Source: Flavobacterium sp. UBA7663 (GTDB taxonomy: Bacteria > Bacteroidota > Bacteroidia > Flavobacteriales > Flavobacteriaceae). Taken from it: a DNA stretch of 64,000 nucleotides. How positions within the stretch are numbered: the stretch's first letter is position 1; each line of letters opens with the position of its first letter. The DNA is taken from contig NZ_DLHR01000001.1 of the NCBI RefSeq assembly GCF_002483315.1, forward strand, positions 1,756-65,755, in the 5' to 3' direction. The position numbers were made by a program, and so were the translations under genes. Below are positions 11,073 to 21,367 of the stretch, piece after piece. The notes beneath the pieces are model-generated. The model was not told the origin of the DNA. It ran no database searches and worked only from the letters and a program-made list of their open reading frames with translations.

Positions 11073-12395
11073 ATGAAAAATAAAATAACCCTACTATTTG
11101 CATTTTGTTCGCTAATTGGTTTTTCTCAAGAGAAAGATTCAACTGAAGTAGCGTATAAAAAACGTGTTTTGGAATCTATCGAGGTAGATTTTTTAATGAG
11201 TTATTATAAACAAGATGGAATACACTCTGCTGTTTCTGGTGGAAAAGGTATGGAAGAATTAACAAATCTTACCCCAACATTTGTGGTAGCAATTCCATTA
11301 AATGATGATGACGTATTAACCGTTGATGCTGGAATTTCAGCTTATTCTTCAGCTTCTTCTGGAAATATTAATCCGTTTGATAGCAATACACCAAGTCCGT
11401 GGCAAGCGAGTTCTGGTGCTTCGTCACAAGATGTATTAACGTCTTTGGTTTTAAATTACAGTCACAGTTCTGATGATAGAAACACGATTTGGAACGGTCA
11501 CATCTCGGGTTCAATGGAATACGATTATTCATCCATTGGTTTTGGTGGTGGTGTTTCAAGATTATTCAACGGAAAAAATTCTGAAGTTTCAGTTGCTGCA
11601 AATGTTTATTTAGATACCTGGAAGCCTATCTACCCAAAAGAATTACAAGATTTTGTGGATTATGGCGGAATGAATGGTGGAATTTATGACGATTTCGTAA
11701 TTACACCAGGTCAAGTTTCATCAGAAGTTTATAATCCTACTAATTTCAAAGAACACGATCAAAAAAACAGAAATTCATTTGCCTTGAGTTTTGGCTTTTC
11801 GCAAGTGGTAACTAAAAAAATACAAGGTTCGTTTTTCTTAGATGTTTTATATCAAAATGGTTTGCTTTCAACACCATATCAACGTGTTTATTTTGCTGAC
11901 AAAGGCGATTTCTTTATAAATGAATTCCAATTAGCAGACGATATTGAGCGTTTACCAGATTCGAGATTTAAATTACCAATTGGTACACGATGGAATTTCT
12001 ATTTGAATGAAAAATTAACGTTGAGAACTTATTATCGTTATTATTTTGATAATTGGGATATTACATCTCACACGCTTAATATTGAATTGCCTTATAAATT
12101 AACTGAGAAATTTACCGTAATTCCAATGTACCGCTACTATTCGCAACAAAAATCAAAATATTTTGCGCCATATGAAGGTCATGTTTCAACAGATGAATAT
12201 TATACTTCTGATTATGATTTGTCGACTTTTAATGCACATCAATATGGAATTGGGATTAGTTATACTGACATTTTTACCAATGCAAAAATTTGGAAATTTG
12301 GACTAAAAAATATCGATTTACGATTTAATCATTACGACAGAAACGATGGTTTGAGTGCTAATATTGTTAGTTTTGGTATCAAATTCGTACAATAA
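11073..12395 (+). CDS. DUF3570 outer-membrane beta-barrel-like protein
   Basis: Signal peptide and a beta-strand-rich sequence ending in F-V-Q. Sits in the canonical position after DUF4266. The ATG at 11073 is preferred to the TTG at 11064. Confidence 0.65.
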   Translation: MKNKITLLFAFCSLIGFSQEKDSTEVAYKKRVLESIEVDFLMSYYKQDGIHSAVSGGKGMEELTNLTPTFVVAIPLNDDDVLTVDAGISAYSSASSGNINPFDSNTPSPWQASSGASSQDVLTSLVLNYSHSSDDRNTIWNGHISGSMEYDYSSIGFGGGVSRLFNGKNSEVSVAANVYLDTWKPIYPKELQDFVDYGGMNGGIYDDFVITPGQVSSEVYNPTNFKEHDQKNRNSFALSFGFSQVVTKKIQGSFFLDVLYQNGLLSTPYQRVYFADKGDFFINEFQLADDIERLPDSRFKLPIGTRWNFYLNEKLTLRTYYRYYFDNWDITSHTLNIELPYKLTEKFTVIPMYRYYSQQKSKYFAPYEGHVSTDEYYTSDYDLSTFNAHQYGIGISYTDIFTNAKIWKFGLKNIDLRFNHYDRNDGLSANIVSFGIKFVQ

Positions 12396-12406
12396 CAATA
12401 CAAACT

Positions 12407-13072
12407 ATGCATATTCTAATTATTGAAGATGAAAAAGGAATTGTAGATTTTCTAAAACAAGGTTTAGAAGAGGAGAATTATACCGTTTCTACAGCTTTGG
12501 ATGGTGCTGAAGGTTTAAAAAAAGCATTAGAACTTCCGGTAGATTTAGTCTTATTAGATTGGATGCTACCAAAAATGCAAGGAATCGAAGTATGCAAAAA
12601 TATTCGAAATGAAAAATCAAATTTGCCTATTATTTTTTTAACGGCTAAAGACACGGTTCAAGAAACTATCGAAGGATTAAAGGCTGGTGCAAATGATTAT
12701 ATCAAAAAACCATTTTCGTTTGAAGAACTTTTAGAACGAATTAAAATTCATTTTAGAGCAAAAGACGAAGCAAAAATATTAACTTTGGGTAATATTACAA
12801 TTGATAAATCTAAATTTCAGGTTTTAGTAGATAATAACGAAATTTCATTGACACAGCGCGAATTTGAATTATTAGAATATCTAATAAAAAACAAAGGAAC
12901 CGTTTGTACAAGAAATAAAATCATTGAAGATGTTTGGGACATTCATTTTGAATACGACACAGGTGTTATCGATGTTTTTATGAATGCAATTCGAAAAAAA
13001 CTAAACTTAACCAAAGATCAAGACTTAATTAAAACCATTAGAGGAGTAGGATATATCGCAAACGATAATTAG
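12407..13072 (+). CDS. OmpR-family response regulator (receiver + winged-helix)
   Basis: DLVLLDWMLP receiver motif and a C-terminal trans_reg_C domain ending in IRGVGY. Confidence 0.9.
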   Translation: MHILIIEDEKGIVDFLKQGLEEENYTVSTALDGAEGLKKALELPVDLVLLDWMLPKMQGIEVCKNIRNEKSNLPIIFLTAKDTVQETIEGLKAGANDYIKKPFSFEELLERIKIHFRAKDEAKILTLGNITIDKSKFQVLVDNNEISLTQREFELLEYLIKNKGTVCTRNKIIEDVWDIHFEYDTGVIDVFMNAIRKKLNLTKDQDLIKTIRGVGYIANDN

Positions 13073-13073
13073 C

Positions 13074-13958
13074 ATGTCAAAAACCGAAACAGCTGTAAAA
13101 GCCACTTATTTTAGCATTATTGGAAACACTTTATTAGCTTTAATAAAAGGAATTACAGGCTATTTTGGAAATTCATACGCAATGATTGCTGATGCAATTG
13201 AATCAACTGCTGATATTTTTGCTTCGTTTTTAGTGCTTTTCGGTATCAAATATTCTAATCGCCCTGCAGATGAAAATCATCCGTATGGTCATGGTAGAGC
13301 AGAACCTTTAATTACATTTTTAGTTGTTGGGTTTTTAATCACTTCGGCAACAGTTATTGCTTACGAAAGTTTTCATAACATTGGAACACCACACGAATTA
13401 CCAAAACCATTCACACTTTTTGTTTTAGGAGCTATTATTTTGTGGAAAGAAATTTCGTTTCAAATTGTAATGAAAAAAAGCATTGAAACCAATAGTAGTT
13501 CGTTAAAAGCAGATGCTTGGCATCATAGAAGTGACGCTATTACATCGGTTGCAGCGTTCATAGGAATTTCTATTGCGTTGTATTTTGGAAAAGGCTACGA
13601 ATCTGCCGATGATTGGGCGGCTTTGTTGGCTTCATTTTTAATTTTGTATAATTCCTATAAAATTTTCAGACCCGCATTAGGTGAAATTATGGACGAACAT
13701 TTGTATCATGATTTAGAAGCCGAAATAAAAAGAATTTCTCAAACAGTTTCGGGTGTAATTTGCATAGAAAAATGCTTTATCAGAAAAGCCGGAATGAAAT
13801 ACCACGTGGATTTGCATGTAATGGTTGATGGTAATAAATCAGTAAAAGAAGGTCATGATATTGCACATATTTTGAAAGATACACTACGAGAACAATTAAT
13901 GGAATTAGGCCATGTTTTAATACATATTGAACCTAATTTTGAATCTATCGAACGCTAA
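13074..13958 (+). CDS. cation diffusion facilitator (CDF) family metal efflux transporter
   Basis: 6 TM helices with HxxxD/DxxxD-type motifs (IADAIESTAD, WHHRSDAITS) and a C-terminal cytoplasmic domain. Confidence 0.85.
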   Translation: MSKTETAVKATYFSIIGNTLLALIKGITGYFGNSYAMIADAIESTADIFASFLVLFGIKYSNRPADENHPYGHGRAEPLITFLVVGFLITSATVIAYESFHNIGTPHELPKPFTLFVLGAIILWKEISFQIVMKKSIETNSSSLKADAWHHRSDAITSVAAFIGISIALYFGKGYESADDWAALLASFLILYNSYKIFRPALGEIMDEHLYHDLEAEIKRISQTVSGVICIEKCFIRKAGMKYHVDLHVMVDGNKSVKEGHDIAHILKDTLREQLMELGHVLIHIEPNFESIER

Positions 13959-13960
13959 TT

Positions 13961-15349
13961 ATGTTATCTTTTTCATTTAAAAATAGAATTGCTTTTAACT
14001 ACATTGTAAGTGGTTCAATTCTTATTGCTATAGTTTTTCTGTTTATTTATAATATTGTAAAATTTAGCGTTAATAAGCACGTTAATGAAGAAATTCAAGA
14101 AGAATTATATAAACATTTAGATGATGTCTCTACCGATTCTAATGATACCTATTTAATTCAGGTGGATCAATGGCGAGCAAGAGAACACAATTCTATCAGT
14201 GTGAATCCTGTTTTTGTTGAATTTTATGATAATAACAAAGAAATAATTGATAAATCGCCAAATCTAAAAAGTTCGAACCTAAAACTTTTTCCAGATAGTA
14301 ACAACGAATTTATCGATACCAAGTTAAATAATATTCCAGTTAGACAAATTCAAACTGCAATTATAAATAACAATCAAATTGTTGGTTATTTAGTAGTTGC
14401 GATGTCTTTAGAAGACTTTGAAATTGTTCAGATTTTGAAGAATATTTTATTAGTTACATTTCCAATAATACTTATTTTACTTTTCTTAATTGCTCGATTT
14501 TTCGCAGGAAGAAGTATTAAACCTGTTCGAACAATTATTGAAACTTCAAGCCAAATTACTAAAGATAATTTACAAACTCGAATTCCATTACCTCAAAACA
14601 AAGACGAGCTATACGTTTTATCCGAAAACATAAATAATCTACTAAGTCGTATCGAAAATGCTATTGACCGTGAAAAACAATTCACTTCCGATGCTTCACA
14701 TGAATTAAGAACACCGTTAGCCGTGATTAAAGGAACAATGGAAGTTCTAATTAGAAAGCCAAGAAATCAGCAAGAATATGAAGAAAAAATTCAATTTTGT
14801 ATTTCTGAAGTAAATCGATTAAATCATATGGTAGATCAATTGTTACTTTTGGCTCGTTTTGAAAATCAGAAGCAAAATGTAAAGCAAGAAACTATATATT
14901 TAAACGCTTTAATTTTAGATAATTTAACTCGTTTTTCTGAGAAATCAGAAAATAAAAAACTTAAAATAAAAGCTGAATTTACCGAAGATTATTACTTGAT
15001 TTCTGATAATTATTTGGTTTCAATCATCATTAGTAATTTAATTTCAAATGCAATAAAATACTCCAATCCTAATGGTGAAATTGCAATTGAATTAGGAAAA
15101 AAGAATGATGAAGTTACTTTTTCAATTACCGATTACGGTGTTGGAATTGCTAAAAATGATTTGGACAAAATTTTCAATTCATTCTATCGTTCTGATGTTT
15201 CTAATCATCCAGAAATTAAAGGAACGGGGTTAGGTTTGTCTATTGTAAAACGACTTTGCGATTTATTGAAACTTGAAATTGCTGTTGAAAGTAACTTAAG
15301 TCAAGGTACCACTTTTATTTTAAGTTTCCCTTTAGCCAAACTTAAGTAG
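13961..15349 (+). CDS. sensor histidine kinase (2 TM, HAMP, HisKA, HATPase_c)
   Basis: H-box SDASHELRTPL; N and G boxes (NAIKYSN, DYGVGI, GTGLGLSIV). Confidence 0.9.
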   Translation: MLSFSFKNRIAFNYIVSGSILIAIVFLFIYNIVKFSVNKHVNEEIQEELYKHLDDVSTDSNDTYLIQVDQWRAREHNSISVNPVFVEFYDNNKEIIDKSPNLKSSNLKLFPDSNNEFIDTKLNNIPVRQIQTAIINNNQIVGYLVVAMSLEDFEIVQILKNILLVTFPIILILLFLIARFFAGRSIKPVRTIIETSSQITKDNLQTRIPLPQNKDELYVLSENINNLLSRIENAIDREKQFTSDASHELRTPLAVIKGTMEVLIRKPRNQQEYEEKIQFCISEVNRLNHMVDQLLLLARFENQKQNVKQETIYLNALILDNLTRFSEKSENKKLKIKAEFTEDYYLISDNYLVSIIISNLISNAIKYSNPNGEIAIELGKKNDEVTFSITDYGVGIAKNDLDKIFNSFYRSDVSNHPEIKGTGLGLSIVKRLCDLLKLEIAVESNLSQGTTFILSFPLAKLK

Positions 15350-15431
15350 CTCTTAAGTTTTTTCCTATTTATATTCTTTACATTTGTATTGTAGTTTTTA
15401 GTATTTTTATGAACTGCTCAAATTGTATAAA

Positions 15432-15806
15432 ATGAACAAATTAATTGCCTATTTCCTAATTTCAGTATTTATGTGTGCCAACACATCGATAGGGCAATTA
15501 TTGAAAGTTCCAAACTTAATAGAACATTACAACGAGCATAAAAATGAATTAACTTCAGATTCAATTTCATTTATTGATTATATTGTTTCGCATTATTCTA
15601 AAAACGCCGAGAATAATCATGATCACGAAGATTTACCCTTTAAAACATTGGATAATTCGTCAAGTGCATTATTTGCATTTTCTATAATTACCTATCAAAT
15701 TCAAGTTGTAAAGTCTTTAATTTCTACTCAAAAGAAATTCTTTTATAATAAATCTTTTAAATCCAATTTGATTGCTTCAATTTGGTTACCGCCTAAATTA
15801 TTCTAA
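15432..15806 (+). CDS. small secreted/membrane protein upstream of the RND pump, function unknown
   Basis: Signal-like N-terminus and a His-rich stretch NNHDHEDLPF. The ATG at 15432 is preferred to the TTG at 15423. Confidence 0.45.
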   Translation: MNKLIAYFLISVFMCANTSIGQLLKVPNLIEHYNEHKNELTSDSISFIDYIVSHYSKNAENNHDHEDLPFKTLDNSSSALFAFSIITYQIQVVKSLISTQKKFFYNKSFKSNLIASIWLPPKLF

Positions 15807-15897
15807 TATTTTGTTTTAATAATTGATTCATTTATAATGATTCAGTTGTGTTTATCTAAAAAGATAAGTACTATTTTTAATTATAAAATTTACTAAA

Positions 15898-18800
15898 ATG
15901 TTAGAAAAAATTATAGCCTTTAGTTTAAAGAATAAACTTATTGTCCTTTTGTTTACGCTTGGTGTTGTAGGATTTGGTTTGTTCTCTGTTTTCCAAATTT
16001 CTATTGGAGCTGTACCAGATGTTACTAATAACCAAGTACAAGTAATTACAACGTCTCGCAATCTTTCTACACAAGATATCGAACAATACATTACCTATCC
16101 TGTTGAAATTGAAATGGCGAATTTGCCAGGTGTAACTGAAATTCGTTCAATTTCAAAATTCGGATTATCTGTGGTAACGATTGTTTTTGAAGACGAAATC
16201 GGAACCTATTTGCCAAGACAATTAATAGCTGAAAAAATTAAAACTGCTACCGAAAAAATTCCAGAAGGTTTTGGAACACCGGAAATGGGACCAATTACAA
16301 CTGGTTTAGGCGAAATCTATCAATATACTTTAGAAGTAAAACCTGAATTTAAAAATCAATACACAGTTACCGATTTGCGTACGATTCAAGATTGGGTCGT
16401 AAAAAGACAATTATCTGGAATCAAAGGTGTAGTTGAAATCAATACTTGGGGTGGCTTTTTAAAACAATATGAAATCGCTATAAATCCAGCAAGTTTAAAG
16501 GCAATGAACATTTCTACTACTGATGTGTTTACGGCTTTAGAAAAAAATAATAGTATTGCCGGTGGTTCATATATTGAAAAAACCAATCAAAGTTATTTCA
16601 TTCGTGGCGAAGGAAAAGTAAATTCCGTCCAAGATATTGAAAACATTGTCGTTAAAAACGATTCTGGTTTACCAATATACATTAAAGACATCGCCAAAGT
16701 ACAATTTGGTCATGCCAATCGTTTTGGTGCGATTACAGGAAATGGAGAAGGTGAGAAGGTTTTAGGTCAAGTAATGATGCTAAAAGGCGGAAACTCAAAA
16801 CAAGTAATTGAAGATGTAAAAGAAAGAGTTGCAGAAATTGAAAAAACATTACCAGAAGGTGTTTACATCAACGGATTTTTAGAACGAAGTGAATTAGTAG
16901 GAAAAACAACGTTTACAGTTGCAGAAAACCTAATTTTAGGTTGTTTAATCGTAATTTTTGTTGTGGTTTTATTACTCGGAAATTGGCGTTCAGGATTGGT
17001 TGTTGCATCAGTAATTCCGCTCTGTTTATTATTTGCCATTTCCTTCATGAATATTTTCGGAATTGATGCCAATTTAATGAGCTTAGGGGCGATAGATTTC
17101 GGAATCATCATCGACGGAGCCGTAATTATCGTAGAATTTATTGCTTTTCAAATTGCGCATAAATCCAGACATTTAGTCGGTTTAGCGAAAGAAGATCGTC
17201 AGTTAGAAATTGACCAAATTACCTATAAAAGTGCTTCAAAAATGATGAATTCGGCTATTTTTGGGCAGTTAATCATTCTTATTGTATTTATTCCAATTCT
17301 TTCCTTATCAGGTGTCGAAGGAAAAATGTTTAAACCTATGGCAATGACATTTAGTTTTGCTTTAGTTGGCGCGATGTTATTCTGTTTTACTTACGTTCCT
17401 GTTGCGGCTTCATTGTTTTTAAAACCGCAAGAAGAAAACCCAAAATCAATTTCAAATCGGTTAATTAATAAATTGAATTCTTGGTATTTACCTGTGATTA
17501 CTTGGGCTTTAGGCAATACTAAAAAAGTACTTTACGGAGCTGTTGGTTTATTATTTTTAGCTGTTGGATTGTTTGCAACCATGGGAGGTGAATTCATTCC
17601 AACATTAGACGAAGGTGATTTCGTAATTCAACCTGTTTTAAAAACAGGAACATCACTTTCTAAAACCATTGAAACTACTACCAAAATTGAAAAAATAATT
17701 CTTAAAAATTTTCCAGAAGTTTCTCAAGTAGTCAGTAGAATTGGTGCTGCCGAAGTGCCAACCGATCCAATGAGTATGGAAGAGAGTGATATTATCGTAA
17801 AATTAAAACCAAAATCAGAATGGGTTTCTGCCGATTCTAAAGATGAATTAGCTGATAAAATCAAAGCGGCTTTAGAAGAGAAAATTCCAAACATGGAAAT
17901 CGAATTTACGCAACCTATCGAAATGCGTTTCAACGAATTAATTTCAGGTTCTCGTTCTGATGTGGCAATTAAAATTTTTGGTGAAGATTTAGATATTTTA
18001 GCCAAAAAAGCACACGAAATCGAAAAAGCAATTAAAAATGTGGAAGGCGCATCGGATATTATCATCGAAAAAACGGAAGGTTTGCCTCAAATGTTTGTGC
18101 AATACGACCGAAGTAAAATTGCTCGTTATGGACTAAATATTGCCGATTTAAACGAAATGATTGCTTTAGGTTTCGCTGGGAAAACCGTTGGAAATGTATT
18201 TGAAGGCGAAAAACGTTTTGATATGGTCATTCGATTAGATAAAACCAACAGAACCGATATTGAAGACTTACGAAATTTATATGTTTCCACTCCAAATGGA
18301 GAGCAAATTCCGTTAAGAGAATTAGCTGCTATTGAATATACAGAAGGTCCAGCTAAAATTTCAAGAGACAATACCAATCGAAGAATTATTGTGGGAATCA
18401 ACGTAAGAAACCGCGATTTACAAAGTGTTGTGGATGATGTGCAGCAAATTATTGATGCTAAAATTGATTTACCAACAGGCTATCGCGTTACTTATGGTGG
18501 TCAATTTGAAAACTTACAAAGTGCCAAAGCCCGATTGTTAATTGCGGTACCAATTGCCTTATTTTTAATATTTATTTTGTTGCATTTTGCCTTTGGATCC
18601 ATCAAAGAAGCGTTAATGGTGTATTCTGCAATTCCTTTATCAGCAGTAGGTGGGGTGTTATTTTTGTGGATGCGAGATTTACCTTTTAGTATTTCAGCAG
18701 GCGTTGGATTTATTGCATTATTCGGAATTGCAGTGCTAAACGGAATTGTACTAATTGAACATTTTAAAGAATTGAAACACAGTGGCATGAAAGATATGAA

Positions 18801-20235
18801 TGAACTCATTTTAAAAGGAACCACCGATAGACTTCGACCAGTTTTATTAACCGCCGCTGCAGCTGCTTTAGGGTTTTTACCAATGGCAATTTCATCATCG
18901 GCTGGAGCAGAGGTACAACGCCCATTAGCTACCGTAGTTATTGGTGGATTATTCACTGCAACACTGTTAACCATGATTGTATTGCCTATTTTATTCAAAG
19001 TTTTTGATGAGAAAGAATTCAAAAAACCAAAATTCAAAAAACATGTAAGCGGAACTTATATTTTACTATTTTTATTTGCAACAAGCTTTGGTTTTGCTCA
19101 AGAAAATAATACGGAATTAGATTCAATTATGGCTAAAGCATTACAAAACAATAAATTAGTAAAAGCTGGACAATTGCAAATCGACAAAGCAAATGCAAAC
19201 GTAAAAACGGCTTATTCTTTTGATAAAACGAATGTGTATTACAGTTATGATCAAAATAATTTAGCCACAAATAACGAACCCTTAAAAGTATTTGGAGTAC
19301 AGCAATCATTTGCTTTTCCAACGGTTTATGGTGCTCAAAAAAAGGTCTATAAAGCTGAATTAGAAAGTCAAAAGGCTTCTTTCGAATTGCAAAAAAACAA
19401 ACTCAAATTTGAAGTTTCAAAAATATATCATCAAATTGTATATGTGCAACATAAAGAAAAATTGTACTGCTATTTAGATAGTTTGTACCAAAATTTCTCT
19501 AAAGCAAGCGACAGAAGATTTGAATTAGGCGAAACCAATTACTTGGAAAAAATAACCGCTGAAGCTAAATTTAGACAAATTAGAACCAAACTTTCGCAAT
19601 TAGATAAAGAGAAAAAAGCACAATTAGAATTATTGCAAGCTTTAGTGCAGTCTGAGGGAAAAATTAGTGTAAAAACAGATGAAATTAAACCAATAAATAC
19701 TATATTAAATACTTCAAGTAAAGAATTTTATAGCTCTTATTTAGAAAGTATTACAAAAAAATATAAATCTAATGAACAACTCCAGAAACAGCATTGGTTA
19801 CCCGATTTAAATGTGGAATATTTTCAAGGAAGAAATAGCGGAATTTCGCAATCTTTATATGGATTTCAAGTAGGTGTTGCTGTTCCAATATTGTTTAATG
19901 GAAATGTTGCCAAATCGAAAGTAGCTAAGTTAGAAACTCAAGCTTGGGAAGAACAAAAACAACATGAGTTAATTAAAATTGATGCACACATCAACCAGAA
20001 AAACAGCGAATTAGAGCAATATAACCAAGCCATCGATTACTATAATCAATACGGAAAGAAAGTTTCTCAGGAAATCATTAAAGTTGCTAACATGAGTTAC
20101 AAACATGGTGAAATTGATTTTTTTCAATTCATACAAAGTTTAGAAAATGCAACCACAATTCAGGTTGATTATTTAGATGCCGTAAACCAATTCAATAAGA
20201 CACAATTAGACTTACAATATATTAATTTACAATAA
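15898..20235 (+). CDS. czcA: CusA/CzcA-family heavy-metal RND efflux pump fused in frame to a TolC/CzcC-like outer membrane factor
   Basis: Residues 1 to about 1045 are a full 12-TM RND protein. An extra hydrophobic helix follows (SGTYILLFLFATSFGFAQ, nt ~19050-19100). About 375 aa of OMF-like coiled-coil/beta-barrel sequence then follow, with no intervening stop. Confidence 0.85.
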   Translation: MLEKIIAFSLKNKLIVLLFTLGVVGFGLFSVFQISIGAVPDVTNNQVQVITTSRNLSTQDIEQYITYPVEIEMANLPGVTEIRSISKFGLSVVTIVFEDEIGTYLPRQLIAEKIKTATEKIPEGFGTPEMGPITTGLGEIYQYTLEVKPEFKNQYTVTDLRTIQDWVVKRQLSGIKGVVEINTWGGFLKQYEIAINPASLKAMNISTTDVFTALEKNNSIAGGSYIEKTNQSYFIRGEGKVNSVQDIENIVVKNDSGLPIYIKDIAKVQFGHANRFGAITGNGEGEKVLGQVMMLKGGNSKQVIEDVKERVAEIEKTLPEGVYINGFLERSELVGKTTFTVAENLILGCLIVIFVVVLLLGNWRSGLVVASVIPLCLLFAISFMNIFGIDANLMSLGAIDFGIIIDGAVIIVEFIAFQIAHKSRHLVGLAKEDRQLEIDQITYKSASKMMNSAIFGQLIILIVFIPILSLSGVEGKMFKPMAMTFSFALVGAMLFCFTYVPVAASLFLKPQEENPKSISNRLINKLNSWYLPVITWALGNTKKVLYGAVGLLFLAVGLFATMGGEFIPTLDEGDFVIQPVLKTGTSLSKTIETTTKIEKIILKNFPEVSQVVSRIGAAEVPTDPMSMEESDIIVKLKPKSEWVSADSKDELADKIKAALEEKIPNMEIEFTQPIEMRFNELISGSRSDVAIKIFGEDLDILAKKAHEIEKAIKNVEGASDIIIEKTEGLPQMFVQYDRSKIARYGLNIADLNEMIALGFAGKTVGNVFEGEKRFDMVIRLDKTNRTDIEDLRNLYVSTPNGEQIPLRELAAIEYTEGPAKISRDNTNRRIIVGINVRNRDLQSVVDDVQQIIDAKIDLPTGYRVTYGGQFENLQSAKARLLIAVPIALFLIFILLHFAFGSIKEALMVYSAIPLSAVGGVLFLWMRDLPFSISAGVGFIALFGIAVLNGIVLIEHFKELKHSGMKDMNELILKGTTDRLRPVLLTAAAAALGFLPMAISSSAGAEVQRPLATVVIGGLFTATLLTMIVLPILFKVFDEKEFKKPKFKKHVSGTYILLFLFATSFGFAQENNTELDSIMAKALQNNKLVKAGQLQIDKANANVKTAYSFDKTNVYYSYDQNNLATNNEPLKVFGVQQSFAFPTVYGAQKKVYKAELESQKASFELQKNKLKFEVSKIYHQIVYVQHKEKLYCYLDSLYQNFSKASDRRFELGETNYLEKITAEAKFRQIRTKLSQLDKEKKAQLELLQALVQSEGKISVKTDEIKPINTILNTSSKEFYSSYLESITKKYKSNEQLQKQHWLPDLNVEYFQGRNSGISQSLYGFQVGVAVPILFNGNVAKSKVAKLETQAWEEQKQHELIKIDAHINQKNSELEQYNQAIDYYNQYGKKVSQEIIKVANMSYKHGEIDFFQFIQSLENATTIQVDYLDAVNQFNKTQLDLQYINLQ

Positions 20236-20242
20236 ATTAGAG

Positions 20243-21355
20243 ATGAAAAAAATATTTTACATAGCAACAATAACAACTCTTTTATTTTCATGCAAACAAG
20301 ATGTCGCAGAAGAAAAAGTAGTTGATGACGGATTGATTACGGTAACTGAAGCCCAATTTCAATCGTCAAAAATGGAAATAGGTTCACCAATGGAACAAGA
20401 TTTCGAAGTTACAGTAAAATCCTCTGGGAAAATTGATGTTCCACCACAATATAGAGCTAAAGTAACTACATTTTTAGGCGGTTATGTAAAAGCTACCAAA
20501 TTATTAGTGGGTGATAAAGTTGCAAAAGGACAAGCTCTAATTACCTTAGAAAACACCGATTATCTGGATTTACAAAAGGATTATGTAGAAGTTGCCGAAC
20601 AAATTAACTATTTGAAATCCGAATTTGAACGTCAGAAAACATTGTACAATGAAAAAATCACTTCACAAAAAAACTATCTAAAAGCAGAAAGTGATTACCG
20701 ACAAGCAAAAGGAATGTATCAAGGCTTACGCGAAAAATTAGTGTTGTTAAACATCAATCCAGCTAATGTTGAGCGTGGAAAATTTACTTCACAAATTACA
20801 ATTTCGGCACCCATTTCCGGAGATGTAACAGTGATGAATGCAAATGTTGGCATGTTTATGTCACCTTCCGATGTAATTTTAGAAATTGTGGATACCAATT
20901 ATTTACACCTGAATTTAAGCATTTTTGAAAAAGATATTTTACATGTAAAACAAGGTCAAAAAATCACTTTTAAAGTACCCGAAGCAAGTAAAGAACAATT
21001 CAGTTCTAACGTACAATTAGTCGGAAAATCGATAGAAAGTAAGGACAGAACTATTTCGGTTTTTGGTACACTATCACCAGAAATAAAAGGAAAATTGTTA
21101 TCTGGAATGTTTGTAGAAGCTAACATAATTACAGATGCTAAAAAAGGATTTGGAGTTCCATCTGATGCTATCATTACAGAAAATGACAAACATTATGTTT
21201 TGGTTTTAAACAGTAAAACAACTGAATATAAATTTAAAAAAGTTGCTGTTACGGTAGGTGAAAAATCAGAAAAATTCATTGAAATTATGCCTGATGATAA
21301 TGTTAATACTGAAACAAAATTACTAACAAAAGGAGTATTCGAATTAACTAATTAA
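20243..21355 (+). CDS. czcB: RND efflux periplasmic adaptor (membrane fusion protein, CzcB/HlyD-like)
   Basis: Lipobox (LFSC) plus biotinyl-lipoyl-like, coiled-coil and beta-barrel regions typical of MFPs. Confidence 0.85.
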   Translation: MKKIFYIATITTLLFSCKQDVAEEKVVDDGLITVTEAQFQSSKMEIGSPMEQDFEVTVKSSGKIDVPPQYRAKVTTFLGGYVKATKLLVGDKVAKGQALITLENTDYLDLQKDYVEVAEQINYLKSEFERQKTLYNEKITSQKNYLKAESDYRQAKGMYQGLREKLVLLNINPANVERGKFTSQITISAPISGDVTVMNANVGMFMSPSDVILEIVDTNYLHLNLSIFEKDILHVKQGQKITFKVPEASKEQFSSNVQLVGKSIESKDRTISVFGTLSPEIKGKLLSGMFVEANIITDAKKGFGVPSDAIITENDKHYVLVLNSKTTEYKFKKVAVTVGEKSEKFIEIMPDDNVNTETKLLTKGVFELTN

Positions 21356-21367
21356 AAAATAGAAATT

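Noticed and set aside
16386-19321. Six minus-strand ORFs (16386-16586, 16863-17111, 17724-18065, 18126-18401, 18501-19037, 19133-19321) inside the RND pump gene
   Set aside because: They lie antisense to a long, clearly conserved CzcA-type reading frame. Their low-complexity Ser/Ile/Asn-rich translations are typical of shadow ORFs in AT-rich DNA.
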